Shown piece by piece: positions 1 through 8,649 of a DNA stretch of 54,337 bases. Source of the stretch: Chromatiales bacterium (GTDB lineage Bacteria; Pseudomonadota; Gammaproteobacteria; JACCXJ01); the NCBI GenBank assembly GCA_043673925.1, contig JBIMKC010000001.1, forward strand, positions 3,106 through 57,442, read 5' to 3'. The position numbers and the translations under genes were made by a program. Within the stretch, counting starts at the first letter, position 1, and the number at the start of each line of letters is the position of its first letter. The notes beneath the pieces are model-generated. The model ran no database searches. It saw nothing but the letters and a program-made list of their open reading frames with translations, and had not been told where the DNA came from.

Positions 1-45
1 CAAAACGCAAGCCGTCGAGCTGGTGTTTTCTCATAGTGATTGCGT

Positions 46-864
46 TCAAGCGTTCCGTCCTCGGGGCGCCAAGCAGGCAACGTCCTTGTGCCTGGCTTTC
101 GCTACCACGGAGCGCCGCCGGAGCATGATCAACAACGGCCACGCCCCAAGGGCGGCCAGGACATGCTTGAGGTTGTGGCCGCTCAGCCAACCGCTCAGAT
201 GATACATCTCGACATCGAAATGCTCCGCAATCTTGGCCGCCGCGTAGGCGGCGATCAGGCCCCAATAGCAGTCATCGCGGGTATAGCGGCTCCGCAACAG
301 CAGCAGCATCAGCACGCTGGCAACCATGGGATAGAATTGAACCACGCCATACCAGCGTAAATCCCCCCGGCCTTGTTGCTCGGTGTAATCCCACCACACG
401 ACGCTCGAGAGCCCCGCTAGAACCAACGGCCCGAGCAGCGTCGCGCCCACACGCGCGTCGATACGCTCGCTGACCATGACGCTCACGAGCGCCATGAACG
501 TCAGGGTCATCGGCAGCCGATCCCAGAACAGCCGCGCGTTATCCGGTTGCAGGTGGTACCAGGCCGATCCCAGGCCGGTGAGCATGGTCCCAAGGAAAAA
601 TACGATCCAAGCGCGGCGTTCGCGGTCCGTTGCAAACGCATCGCTCAAGCGGCCTGGAGAGAGCAACCGCGCCAATCCGATTGAACCGGCCAGCATGAAG
701 CCAATGTTGGTGATCACATCACCGAAATGCGGAATTGCAAAGATGACACGCTGGTCGGCGAAATTGTGGTAGTTGGGATCCTGCGGGATCGGGCCAAGAA
801 ATAAGGCGGCGAGTGACGCCAAGGCGCCGGGGGCGATGACAGCCACGATCCGCCAGCGCGACAT
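46..864 (-). CDS. alkaline ceramidase-family integral membrane protein
   Basis: ORF 46..1059 trimmed to the ATG at 864 (MSRWRIV...). It is a multi-TM protein with YHNFADQR..IPHFGDVITNIGF and WYHLQPDN..LFWDRLPM motifs, which I recognise from bacterial members of the Pfam Ceramidase family. The 65 upstream codons are Arg-rich and not protein-like. Confidence 0.6.
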   Translation of the reverse strand: MSRWRIVAVIAPGALASLAALFLGPIPQDPNYHNFADQRVIFAIPHFGDVITNIGFMLAGSIGLARLLSPGRLSDAFATDRERRAWIVFFLGTMLTGLGSAWYHLQPDNARLFWDRLPMTLTFMALVSVMVSERIDARVGATLLGPLVLAGLSSVVWWDYTEQQGRGDLRWYGVVQFYPMVASVLMLLLLRSRYTRDDCYWGLIAAYAAAKIAEHFDVEMYHLSGWLSGHNLKHVLAALGAWPLLIMLRRRSVVAKARHKDVACLAPRGRNA

Positions 865-884
865 CTGCGCCTGGCCGGCGTAAA

Positions 885-1349
885 TCAGCGTGCTGCTGAA
901 AACTCCGGCACGGGCTCGCCCATTCCGGATCGCAGGAAGATCAGCGCGCCGGCCCGTGTGGTGAGTGCAGGGTGGGCGGCGCCCTTGGGCGCAAAGTGGT
1001 AGTCCCCTGCGCCGACGGTGAGATCGCCGTACGTGATCTCCCCTTCCAACACCAGGCATTCCTCGTTGGCCGCGTGAAGGTGCGGTGGAACGATAGCGCC
1101 AGCGTCAAGGCGGGCCAGCAAGGAATTCGCGCGTCCGTTTTCATCCCGGTGCAGGATCTTGAATCGGATCCCGGGCGCGAAGTCCATCCAACCTTCGGCC
1201 GAGCGTATCGTGCGTAGCTGCGTGAGCGGATGCTCGGCGCGCACGCGCGCCATGATCCTCTCGCGCAAGCCGGCCGGCGGCTGCACGGGGGCCAGCGCAT
1301 CGGCCCATTGCGTGAGTAGCTCGGTATCGAATAAATTTTCTTCGTTCAT
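885..1349 (-). CDS. ChrR-like cupin protein (putative anti-ECF-sigma factor, cupin-only form)
   Basis: A 154-aa ORF whose start overlaps the stop of the upstream ECF sigma gene. The C-terminal cupin region (PPHLHAANEECLVLEGEI..GDL..GAGDYHFAPKGAAH) resembles the ChrR C-terminal domain. The N-terminus is short and has no H/C zinc motif. Confidence 0.6.
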   Translation of the reverse strand: MNEENLFDTELLTQWADALAPVQPPAGLRERIMARVRAEHPLTQLRTIRSAEGWMDFAPGIRFKILHRDENGRANSLLARLDAGAIVPPHLHAANEECLVLEGEITYGDLTVGAGDYHFAPKGAAHPALTTRAGALIFLRSGMGEPVPEFSAAR

Positions 1350-1352
1350 TAC

Positions 1353-2111
1353 TTACACCACCGGGGCGCTTACTTGAGCCGCACTGCAATGTACCCGCCG
1401 GGGCCACATTCCACGCGCCTCTACGGCCATTAGCTGCTCTTTCATAAGTTGCATTGCCCGCCGCAAGACCGTCTTCACGGTACCGAGCGGCGTCGCGGTG
1501 TAATCCGCGATTTCCTGCTGGCTGAACCCCTTAAAATAGCTCAGGACCAACATTTGCCGCTCATTCACGCTAAGCGCCTCGAGCGCCGCGCGCACGAGGC
1601 TATGTTCCTCAAGTCCGCAGAGGGCATCCAACGGATCGGCGGCTATATCCGCGTCCTCGCACGGCATCTCGGACGACAGGCAGATCTCCGCCGGATTACG
1701 CCGGCGTAGCAAATCAATCGCGCGGCTGCGGCAGATCGTGTACAGCCAGGTCATGATCTTTCCGCGGTTGGGATCGTAGGCGCCGGCTCGTTGCCAAACC
1801 TGCATGTACACGTCTTCTGTAACCTCTTCGGCATCGTTCCGTTGTCCCGTTATCCGCAAGGCCAAGGCGAAAACGCGGCTTGTCGTCGCATCGTAGAGCG
1901 CGGACAGCGCCGCTTCTTCTTTGCCGGCGATACCCGAAATCAGGCCGCGCAAGGCGATCTCCTGCGCATCAAACTCGGTCGTCTCCGTACCAGCGTTCAC
2001 AGTTGCATTATAACACCCGAACCCAATCTGCGCGCCGGATGCGGCCTGAGAAGGCAAGCGGCCAGACTGACCGTTGCTCCGCGACGCCCGGTGTTCGTCT
2101 GTTGCGTTCAC
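1353..2111 (-). CDS. ECF-type RNA polymerase sigma-70 family factor
   Basis: Region 2 (EVTEDVYMQVWQRAGAYDP..KIMTWLYTICRSRAIDLLRRR) and region 4 (LSYFKGFSQQEIADYTATPLGTVKTVLRRA) signatures are present. The N-terminal 60-70 codons are uncertain and the true start may be internal. Confidence 0.8.
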   Translation of the reverse strand: MNATDEHRASRSNGQSGRLPSQAASGAQIGFGCYNATVNAGTETTEFDAQEIALRGLISGIAGKEEAALSALYDATTSRVFALALRITGQRNDAEEVTEDVYMQVWQRAGAYDPNRGKIMTWLYTICRSRAIDLLRRRNPAEICLSSEMPCEDADIAADPLDALCGLEEHSLVRAALEALSVNERQMLVLSYFKGFSQQEIADYTATPLGTVKTVLRRAMQLMKEQLMAVEARGMWPRRVHCSAAQVSAPVV

Positions 2112-2296
2112 TATCCTCAGTACGTGACGTACGGCATTTTTGGATGTTTCGCGGCGCTTCTCGATGGAGTTCTCCCCCAGCCGCTATGATGGCTCGCATC
2201 GCACCGGACAGATCGAAGCTCACGGTGGATGGGTTAAACTAGGGCGCGTACGAATTTCCGCCGGTGGCCGGGTAGTGATGCTAGGGGTTAACTAAC

Positions 2297-2563
2297 ATGT
2301 CTGAAACAAGATTGCGGCAACATCTCGAAAGGTTGAGGGAACAAGTGAACGATCTCGGTGCGGGGAAACCGGAATCGATAGAGCGGCTAAACCAGCTTAT
2401 TGCGGACATCGAAGGTCAATTGGAAAATCGAGGTGACCAGACCCGGCATGAGGACCTCATCGCCAATGTACAAGGGGCGATCCGGCATTTCGAGGTCGAG
2501 CATCCTCGGGCGACGGCGATTTTGAACGACATCATGGTTGCGCTCAGCAATATCGGGATTTGA
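2297..2563 (+). CDS. DUF4404-like small helical protein
   Basis: An 88-aa ORF ending ..FEVEHPRATAILNDIMVALSNIGI, with an overall pattern like DUF4404 family proteins as I remember them. Confidence 0.5.
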   Translation: MSETRLRQHLERLREQVNDLGAGKPESIERLNQLIADIEGQLENRGDQTRHEDLIANVQGAIRHFEVEHPRATAILNDIMVALSNIGI

Positions 2564-2609
2564 GAGAGTGCCCGCTACAAGCGGCGGGGTGAATACACCA
2601 GTGAACGTC

Positions 2610-3428
2610 ATGAAAATTGCCGAAATGGCATGCATTCAACGTATCACCCTCTACCCGATAAAGTCGCTCGACGGCGTCTCCGTGGCTCAGACGCGCGTCG
2701 CCCAGGGTGGGAGCCTTGAACATGATCGCGCCTTTGCCGTCGTGGATGCCCAAGGCAAGTTTGTAAACGGCAAGCGCTTCGCCGAGGTGCATCGCCTGCG
2801 CGCGCACTTCGATCTGGACACACACACGGTCACGCTTGCGGATTCAGGGACGCGCGCGCCGCAGCGCTTCCGGCTCGACCGGGATCTCGAATCGATGGCG
2901 GCGTGGCTGGGCGGATTTTTCGGCTTTCCGGTCGCGATCCGGCAGGACCCGCGGGCCGGCTTCCCAGACGACACGGACGCCTCGGGACCGACCGTGATCA
3001 GCGCGGCTACGCTGGCGGCAGTCAGCGCTTGGTTCCCCGACGCCACACCGCAAGATACGCGGCTTCGTTTCCGGACCAATCTTGAGATTAGCGGTGTCCC
3101 CGCATTCTGGGAAGACCGTCTGTTCGGGGAGCCCGGCACGCTGGTGGATTTTAACGTCGGGGGGGTCGCTTTCGAGGGCGTCAATCCCTGCCAGCGCTGT
3201 GTCGTACCGGCGCGCCACCCGCGGAGCGGGATCGAGGAGGCGGGCTTCCAGAAAATCCTGGCCTTGAGACGCGAACAGACCTTACCCGCCTGGGCGGCCC
3301 GCTCGCGGTTCAATCACTACTACCGCCTCGCTGTCAATACCCGGATCCCGGCCTCTGAAGCCGGCAAGACCCTCCGGGTCGGGGATGAAGTCACGATCCT
3401 TGGAGTACGCCGCGCGAATGATGAATAG
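2610..3428 (+). CDS. MOSC domain-containing protein (YcbX-like)
   Basis: ORF 2538..3428 trimmed to the ATG at 2610. The N-terminal beta-barrel motif ITLYPIKSLDGVSV and the C-terminal MOSC motif with conserved Cys (GVNPCQRCVVP) are both present. Confidence 0.8.
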   Translation: MKIAEMACIQRITLYPIKSLDGVSVAQTRVAQGGSLEHDRAFAVVDAQGKFVNGKRFAEVHRLRAHFDLDTHTVTLADSGTRAPQRFRLDRDLESMAAWLGGFFGFPVAIRQDPRAGFPDDTDASGPTVISAATLAAVSAWFPDATPQDTRLRFRTNLEISGVPAFWEDRLFGEPGTLVDFNVGGVAFEGVNPCQRCVVPARHPRSGIEEAGFQKILALRREQTLPAWAARSRFNHYYRLAVNTRIPASEAGKTLRVGDEVTILGVRRANDE

Positions 3429-3688
3429 GAATTCCCGGGTGGCGATCTATCGGCCCATAAGTCCGATCGACACAGCACCGAGGGACAGGAATGTGGGCTT
3501 TCGGGTACCGGGGGCCGGCACGCCATGGAGCGATGTGCTGAGCGAGGAGCTACCGAAGCTGACGTGTGCTATGCCATAGAACATGGTTCTCGTGAACCTG
3601 CAAAGCACGGGCGTATGCTGAGAGGTATCCACAGACACCCACGGCATCCCAGGTTGCCAGAATAATCGGACACGTTACTGCAAAATGC

Positions 3689-4711
3689 TTATAGAAGCGG
3701 CGAGCGCGCCAAATCGTCTTCCGAGTACTGCAACTGTCTGCATCGTGCGCTTAATTCGTCGAAAAAGCGATGCACGGTTTCAAGCTGTGCTGCGACGGTT
3801 TCCAGTGTGTTCATGTGAGCGCGGAAGGCGGCGGAGCCGACCAAGCCCTTGGTGTACCAGGAGATGTGCTTGCGCGCCACGCGCACGCCGGTGAAGGTTC
3901 CGTAAAACGAATACAGGTCATCGAGGTGACCGAGCAGTACGCGATGGATTTCTTCAACCTGCGGCGGCGGCAGCTCCATGCCGGTCTTAAGGTAGTGCTC
4001 GATCTCGCGGAAAATCCATGGACGGCCCTGCGCCGCGCGGCCGATCATCACCGCATCGGCGCCGGTGTATTCGAGAACGTGTTTCGTTTTCTGCGGCGTG
4101 GCGATGTCGCCGTTAGCGATCACGGGAATTTTCACCGATTGCTTAACCGCCTTGATGGTGTCGTACTCGGCGTCGCCCATGTACATGCAGGTGCGCGTGC
4201 GGCCATGGATTGCGAGTGACCGAATGCCCGATTGCTCGGCAATCCTGGCGACAGTGAGCGCATTCTTATTATCCTTGTTCCAACCGGTACGGATCTTCAA
4301 GGTGACGGGAACACTCACCGCTTTGACGACGGCCTCGAGAATGCGCGCCACCAGCGCTTCGTTCTGTAGCAGCGCAGAGCCGGCGTAGACATTACAAATT
4401 TTCTTGGCCGGGCAGCCCATGTTTATATCGATGATCTGGGCGCCGCTGTCGACGTTGTACCGCGCGGCTTCGGCAAGCATGCCCGGATCGGCGCCGGCGA
4501 TCTGGATCACCTTGGGCTCGACCTCGCCTTCATGGTTACCGCGGCGGATGGTTTTCTCCGATCCCCATAACAGGGAGTTGGACGCGACCATCTCCGAGAC
4601 CGCCATACCGGCACCCATCAGTTTGCAGAGCTGACGGAAAGGCCGATCGGTCACGCCCGCCATGGGCGCAACGATCAGATTGTTCTTAAGACGGATGGAA
4701 CCGATCTGCAT
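3689..4711 (-). CDS. dusB: tRNA-dihydrouridine synthase B
   Basis: Collinear with E. coli DusB from MQIGSIRLKNNLIVAPMAGVTDRPFR through DINMGCPAKK, TLKIRTGW and HGRTR to GRAAQGRPWIFREI. No fis gene follows it. Confidence 0.9.
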   Translation of the reverse strand: MQIGSIRLKNNLIVAPMAGVTDRPFRQLCKLMGAGMAVSEMVASNSLLWGSEKTIRRGNHEGEVEPKVIQIAGADPGMLAEAARYNVDSGAQIIDINMGCPAKKICNVYAGSALLQNEALVARILEAVVKAVSVPVTLKIRTGWNKDNKNALTVARIAEQSGIRSLAIHGRTRTCMYMGDAEYDTIKAVKQSVKIPVIANGDIATPQKTKHVLEYTGADAVMIGRAAQGRPWIFREIEHYLKTGMELPPPQVEEIHRVLLGHLDDLYSFYGTFTGVRVARKHISWYTKGLVGSAAFRAHMNTLETVAAQLETVHRFFDELSARCRQLQYSEDDLARSPLL

Positions 4712-4786
4712 GCGGTAAAAAAACTCTCCCGGCAAAAAACGTGCGCGGAAACTGCGGGGGGGCCTACGGGCTGCTCTTGCTCACCA

Positions 4787-5401
4787 TCAGTACGCGCCGG
4801 CCTCGTTGCCCCAGATCTCTTGCAGCCCGGCATCTCGCCCGCAAGTATGGCGGTAGTAGCGATAGCGCAGGGGATTCTTTTTATAGTAGTCTTGGTGATA
4901 GGCCTCGGCCGGATAAAAGATTCCGGCGGCGACGATCTGGGTCTGGATCGGGCTCTTTAGTTTGCCGACCTTCTCCAGCTCTGCCTTGCTCGCATCGGCC
5001 AGTTTCTTCTGCGTCTCGTCATGCGTGAAGATCGCGGTGCGGTACTGCGGTCCGCCGTCGCAGAACTGGCGGTCCTTGACCGTGGGATCGACGCTGCGCC
5101 AGTACACGTAAAGCAGCCTCTGGTAACTGACTCTAGCCGGATCGAACACGATCTCCGCGGCTTCGGCATGACCGGTGGCACCGGCGGAAACTTCCTCGTA
5201 ACTGGGGTCGGGTTTGCTGCCGCCGATGTAGCCGGAGACGGCCGAGATAACGCCAGGCACTTTCTCGAAGTCAGATTCGGTGCACCAGAAGCAACCGCCG
5301 GCAAACGTGGCCTTGGCGGTGGCCGCCGAACCGGCGCCGGAGAAGCTGGCGCACAGCGCCAGCACGACCGCAGAGGCGGCACGCTTGATTAGCGGGTTCA
5401 T
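4787..5401 (-). CDS. msrA: peptide-methionine (S)-S-oxide reductase MsrA with N-terminal signal peptide
   Basis: The GGCFWCTE active-site motif is preceded by a hydrophobic leader (MNPLIKRAASAVVLALCASFSGAGSAATAKA). Confidence 0.9.
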   Translation of the reverse strand: MNPLIKRAASAVVLALCASFSGAGSAATAKATFAGGCFWCTESDFEKVPGVISAVSGYIGGSKPDPSYEEVSAGATGHAEAAEIVFDPARVSYQRLLYVYWRSVDPTVKDRQFCDGGPQYRTAIFTHDETQKKLADASKAELEKVGKLKSPIQTQIVAAGIFYPAEAYHQDYYKKNPLRYRYYRHTCGRDAGLQEIWGNEAGAY

Positions 5402-5402
5402 G

Positions 5403-5921
5403 TCAGGTCCTCAGCTCAGGCAGCGGCTCACCTGCCGCCACGAAGCGCAGCGCGATACCGTTGTTACAGTAGCGCAGACCGGTAGGCGCGGGGCCGTCGT
5501 CGAACACATGACCCTGGTGGCCCTCGCAGCGGGCGCAGTGGTACTCGGTGCGCGGCCAGATCAGCTTGTAATCGGTCCGCGTGGCGACACGGCCCGGCAG
5601 CCTGTCGAAGAAGCTGGGCCAGCCGGTGCCGCTCTCGAACTTGTGCTTGGCGTCGAACAGCGGCAGGTAACAGGCGGCGCAGAGGAACAGGCCCGGACGC
5701 TTCTCGCCGTTGAGCGCGCTGGTGCCGGGGCGCTCGGTGTCTTCCTCGAACAGCACCTGGTACTGCTCGCGGCTGAGGAGTTTCTCCCACTCGTCTTTGG
5801 ACTTCATCAGCTTGCTGACTTTAGGTTTGGACCCGGCGGCAGCGGCCTGCACGGAAGCGATGCCCAATCCGAACGTGGCGCCGACACCGGCGAGGGTGCG
5901 CAGAAAGTTTCTTCTGTTCAT
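5403..5921 (-). CDS. msrB: peptide-methionine (R)-S-oxide reductase MsrB with twin-arginine signal
   Basis: ORF 5403..6185 trimmed to the ATG at 5921 (MNRRNFLRTLAGVGATFGLGIASVQAAAAG). It has the SelR domain with two CxxC zinc motifs and the catalytic RYCNNG motif. Its stop abuts the msrA start. Confidence 0.9.
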   Translation of the reverse strand: MNRRNFLRTLAGVGATFGLGIASVQAAAAGSKPKVSKLMKSKDEWEKLLSREQYQVLFEEDTERPGTSALNGEKRPGLFLCAACYLPLFDAKHKFESGTGWPSFFDRLPGRVATRTDYKLIWPRTEYHCARCEGHQGHVFDDGPAPTGLRYCNNGIALRFVAAGEPLPELRT

Positions 5922-5995
5922 GAGCTGTAAAGTACTGTAAAGTACTCTCCATTGTCTAGACAGAAAATCGGCTGAGATAAGATAGGATCCTCGCA

Positions 5996-6232
5996 ATGCT
6001 CGACGCGCCGATAACGGCGGAATACGGGGTCGAAGAAGCAGGCGACGTCGCCCGCGGCGTAGATGCCGGTATGGCTTGTCTCCAAGTATTGGTTGACCAA
6101 AACTCCGTGATCGAGCTTGATACCGCTGCCTGGGATAAACCCGAGATCGGGATCGACGCCAATACCCACCGCGACGAGATCGCAAGCGATCTTCTTGCCC
6201 GAGCTCGTGATCAGGCAGGTTTTTTGACGTGT
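5996..6232 (-). pseudogene. fragment of an FAD-dependent pyridine nucleotide-disulfide oxidoreductase (ferredoxin/rubredoxin reductase type)
   Basis: The minus-strand reading KIACDLVAVGIGVDPDLGFIPGSGIKLDHGVLVNQYLETSHTGIYAAGDVACFFDPVFRRYRRVEH matches only about 80 internal residues of a roughly 400-aa family. The N-terminal FAD-binding half and the C-terminal domain are absent. Confidence 0.5.
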
Positions 6233-6614
6233 TTATGCCATGCGGCGATTAACAAGGGGCGAACTGCTCCTCGGTCGGTTCCGCACAGCAATACCATGGC
6301 TCGCTAAGCTGAGCCGGAGCGAATCGCGCACCCATTGCAGGCAGGGATGGAACTGGACGCCGTAGCCATCGTTCACCTCCTCAATTCGTTTCATGTTCAC
6401 TCCTTAAGTAGCATCAAGGTTGCATCATTCGTGACCGGTTAACGCTTGTAATCACGCGGCTATCCGGCAGACACAGTACTTGAATCGCACCTACGACCGA
6501 ATGGCCTGCCCTCTGGGAAGGGCTGAGATTGTGGGTGCCCCCCCGCTTCCTACAAGTAATCTTATCGCGGTGGTGTAGACTGAAGATCCGCTCGTAATCA
6601 TGGCACCGAGTCCC

Positions 6615-7067
6615 CTAATGGCGCGAGATGAACGCCTTTAGTCGGTCCCAAACTGGATTGCTGCCAAAAAAGAACGTTTGTTCCTCCGCGAGCAGGACAG
6701 TCGGCGCGCCACCACTCGAGATTTCGCCGGCATGGGCAAGGGTTTCTTTGCCACCCGCGGATTGCGCACAGGTTTGCAAGGCCTCCAGGGACGGGAAATG
6801 GATCTCGGCGATCCGATAAAACGGTGGCGGTGTCCCATCCGGAGTTGCTACAACTTTAGTCGCTACAAACCGTGTCTTGCCGACGAGCTTTTCCACGATC
6901 ATCGGCACATGATCTTCGTGATAAAGCTTCTCAAATGCCTCGAAGCTCATGGCGTATTCGGAGGAGAGTCCATCGCGCATCGGCATGTCCCCGTCCTCGT
7001 AAAGCTTCTCGAACGCCCTAATATCATGTGGGCACGGATACATCACCATTAACTTAATATCAGCCAC
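6615..7067 (-). CDS. EthD-family protein, paralog 1 (carries a 26-aa internal insertion)
   Basis: A 150-aa ORF homologous along its length to the ORF at 7323..7733 (e.g. KVVATPDGTPPPFYRIAE.HFPSLEALQ.CAQS.GGKET.AHA.EISSGG). The MxxxKLxVxYP..P....AFEKLY start is typical of EthD/TIGR02118-like proteins. Confidence 0.6.
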   Translation of the reverse strand: MADIKLMVMYPCPHDIRAFEKLYEDGDMPMRDGLSSEYAMSFEAFEKLYHEDHVPMIVEKLVGKTRFVATKVVATPDGTPPPFYRIAEIHFPSLEALQTCAQSAGGKETLAHAGEISSGGAPTVLLAEEQTFFFGSNPVWDRLKAFISRH

Positions 7068-7322
7068 AGCACCCTCCTCTCATTGTCTTGATGGAAAGAT
7101 AAAAAAGCGGCCGATCATTAGAATGTTTTCCTGAACTCATTAGCGCGACTCGATCCGTAATACCTAAGTCCCACAGGGAATGCGTGTAAATCAGCTGTCA
7201 TCCCGGCCATGGATTGGCCGGGACCCAGTGCAGCGATTCCCTCCCTAGACCTGGATTCCGGCCATTCCCTGGCCAGAAAGACAGTACCTGAACGCCGATG
7301 CATCGCTTTCGATTCCTGTACG

Positions 7323-7733
7323 TTATTTGTGGGACACCGTACTAGGAGCCATGGAATTCTCTTGTGGAGCCACACATGCTCGGAGTCGGTCCCAAAGCGA
7401 TTTGCTGCCAAACGCGAATACTTGTTCCTCCGCGATCAAAAATACGGGCGTACCACCACTGGAGATTTCGACCGCATGGGCAACGGTTTCTTTTCCGCCC
7501 TCGGACTGCGCACACGCTTGCAGGGCCTCTAGGGACGGGAAATGAACCTCGGCGATCCGGTAGAATGGGGGCGGTGTCCCGTCCGGGGTCGCCACGACTT
7601 TGGTCGCTACAATCTTCGTTTTACCGGAGAGCTTCGCCACCGCCATCGGTACGTGTTCCTCTTGATAAAGCTTTTCGAATGCGTCGCTATCCAGAGGACG
7701 CGGATAAATCACTATTAACTTAACGCCAGCCAT
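7323..7733 (-). CDS. EthD-family protein, paralog 2
   Basis: A 136-aa ORF that is a tandem paralog of 6615..7067. The sequence immediately upstream of each start codon is also conserved (cagccacagcaccctcct / cagccataacaccctcct). Confidence 0.6.
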   Translation of the reverse strand: MAGVKLIVIYPRPLDSDAFEKLYQEEHVPMAVAKLSGKTKIVATKVVATPDGTPPPFYRIAEVHFPSLEALQACAQSEGGKETVAHAVEISSGGTPVFLIAEEQVFAFGSKSLWDRLRACVAPQENSMAPSTVSHK

Positions 7734-7866
7734 AACACCCTCCTATCGTCGGTTGAGAGAAATTCGCGGATCCCTGTTTCAGATCCAATCAGTCCTCGCT
7801 ATGAGCGCGTTCAAACCCGTGCCCAGCCCAATTATAGACTGTTCGTTCTACAATAAAAGAACAAAA

Positions 7867-8448
7867 TCATTCCAAAGCCTGCAGCGTCACCTTGACCACA
7901 TCTTCGAGGGCCGAACGATCGCTTCGGATCTTTCCAATAACCAAGAGTCCTTGCAGGTTGCAGGTCAAATAGCGCGCTAGCGCGTGCAGATCGCGTTGGT
8001 TATCGAACTCGCCTGTACTCTGATCGCGCAGTAAGGTCTTATAGAAACCGTCCTCGAGTTGCCTTATGCACAGGCTCACCTTCTTGGCCGTGTCAGGATC
8101 ACTCAGTCCCCGCTCAACGGCCGAGTTGGTAACCAGGCAGCCGCGCAACGGCCCGCCGGTTATCACATGCTCAATGACGGTTGCAAAGAACTGACGGATA
8201 GCCGCTTTGCCCGAGGCGTTTGTATCGAGAATATCGAGCAGTTTCCTCACCACCACCTTGCGATAGCGGTCCAGGACCGTGAGAAAAAGGCGTTGCTTGT
8301 CCCCGAAGGCAGCGTACAGGCTACCGCGATGGATCCCCATACTCTCCACCAGGTCTTGGATCGAGGTCGCTTCGTACCCTTTGGACCAAAATGTCTCCAC
8401 GGCCTTGTCCAACACGTCCTCTATGTCGAACTCTCTCGGTCTCGACAC
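7867..8448 (-). CDS. TetR/AcrR family transcriptional regulator
   Basis: An N-terminal HTH (FWSKGYEATSIQDLVESMGIHRGSLYAAFGDKQRLF) and a size of 193 aa. Confidence 0.85.
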   Translation of the reverse strand: MSRPREFDIEDVLDKAVETFWSKGYEATSIQDLVESMGIHRGSLYAAFGDKQRLFLTVLDRYRKVVVRKLLDILDTNASGKAAIRQFFATVIEHVITGGPLRGCLVTNSAVERGLSDPDTAKKVSLCIRQLEDGFYKTLLRDQSTGEFDNQRDLHALARYLTCNLQGLLVIGKIRSDRSALEDVVKVTLQALE

Positions 8449-8649
8449 GCGCCTTACGTTGCTACCTTCATTGCCGATAGTATAAGCCTAGACATTCTAG
8501 ACCAAATAGTCAAGAATGATCTGCGAAATAGTTTCATTAGAGCCCGAATTCAATCCAGGGGTTTCGTTCAACTAATTTTATCGGCTATGCTGTCGCACGC
8601 CGGATAAAATCGTTAGGCCGAAGCTTATACTGGAAGGAGGACTTTTCTC

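Noticed and set aside
865-1059. The ORF track gives N-terminal extensions for several genes: 46..1059, 5403..6185, 17957..19021, 32523..33137, 40393..41553 and 41298..42293.
   Set aside because: In each case an internal ATG matches the canonical family N-terminus (or forms an ATGA or short-gap junction with the upstream gene), and the extension is Arg-rich and overlaps neighbouring features.
3429-3688. I looked for a fis gene downstream of dusB and for a terminator between the convergent MOSC and dusB genes.
   Set aside because: The ORFs here (3447..3647 and 3320..3526) have no Fis-like sequence. I found no convincing stem-loop followed by a T-run.
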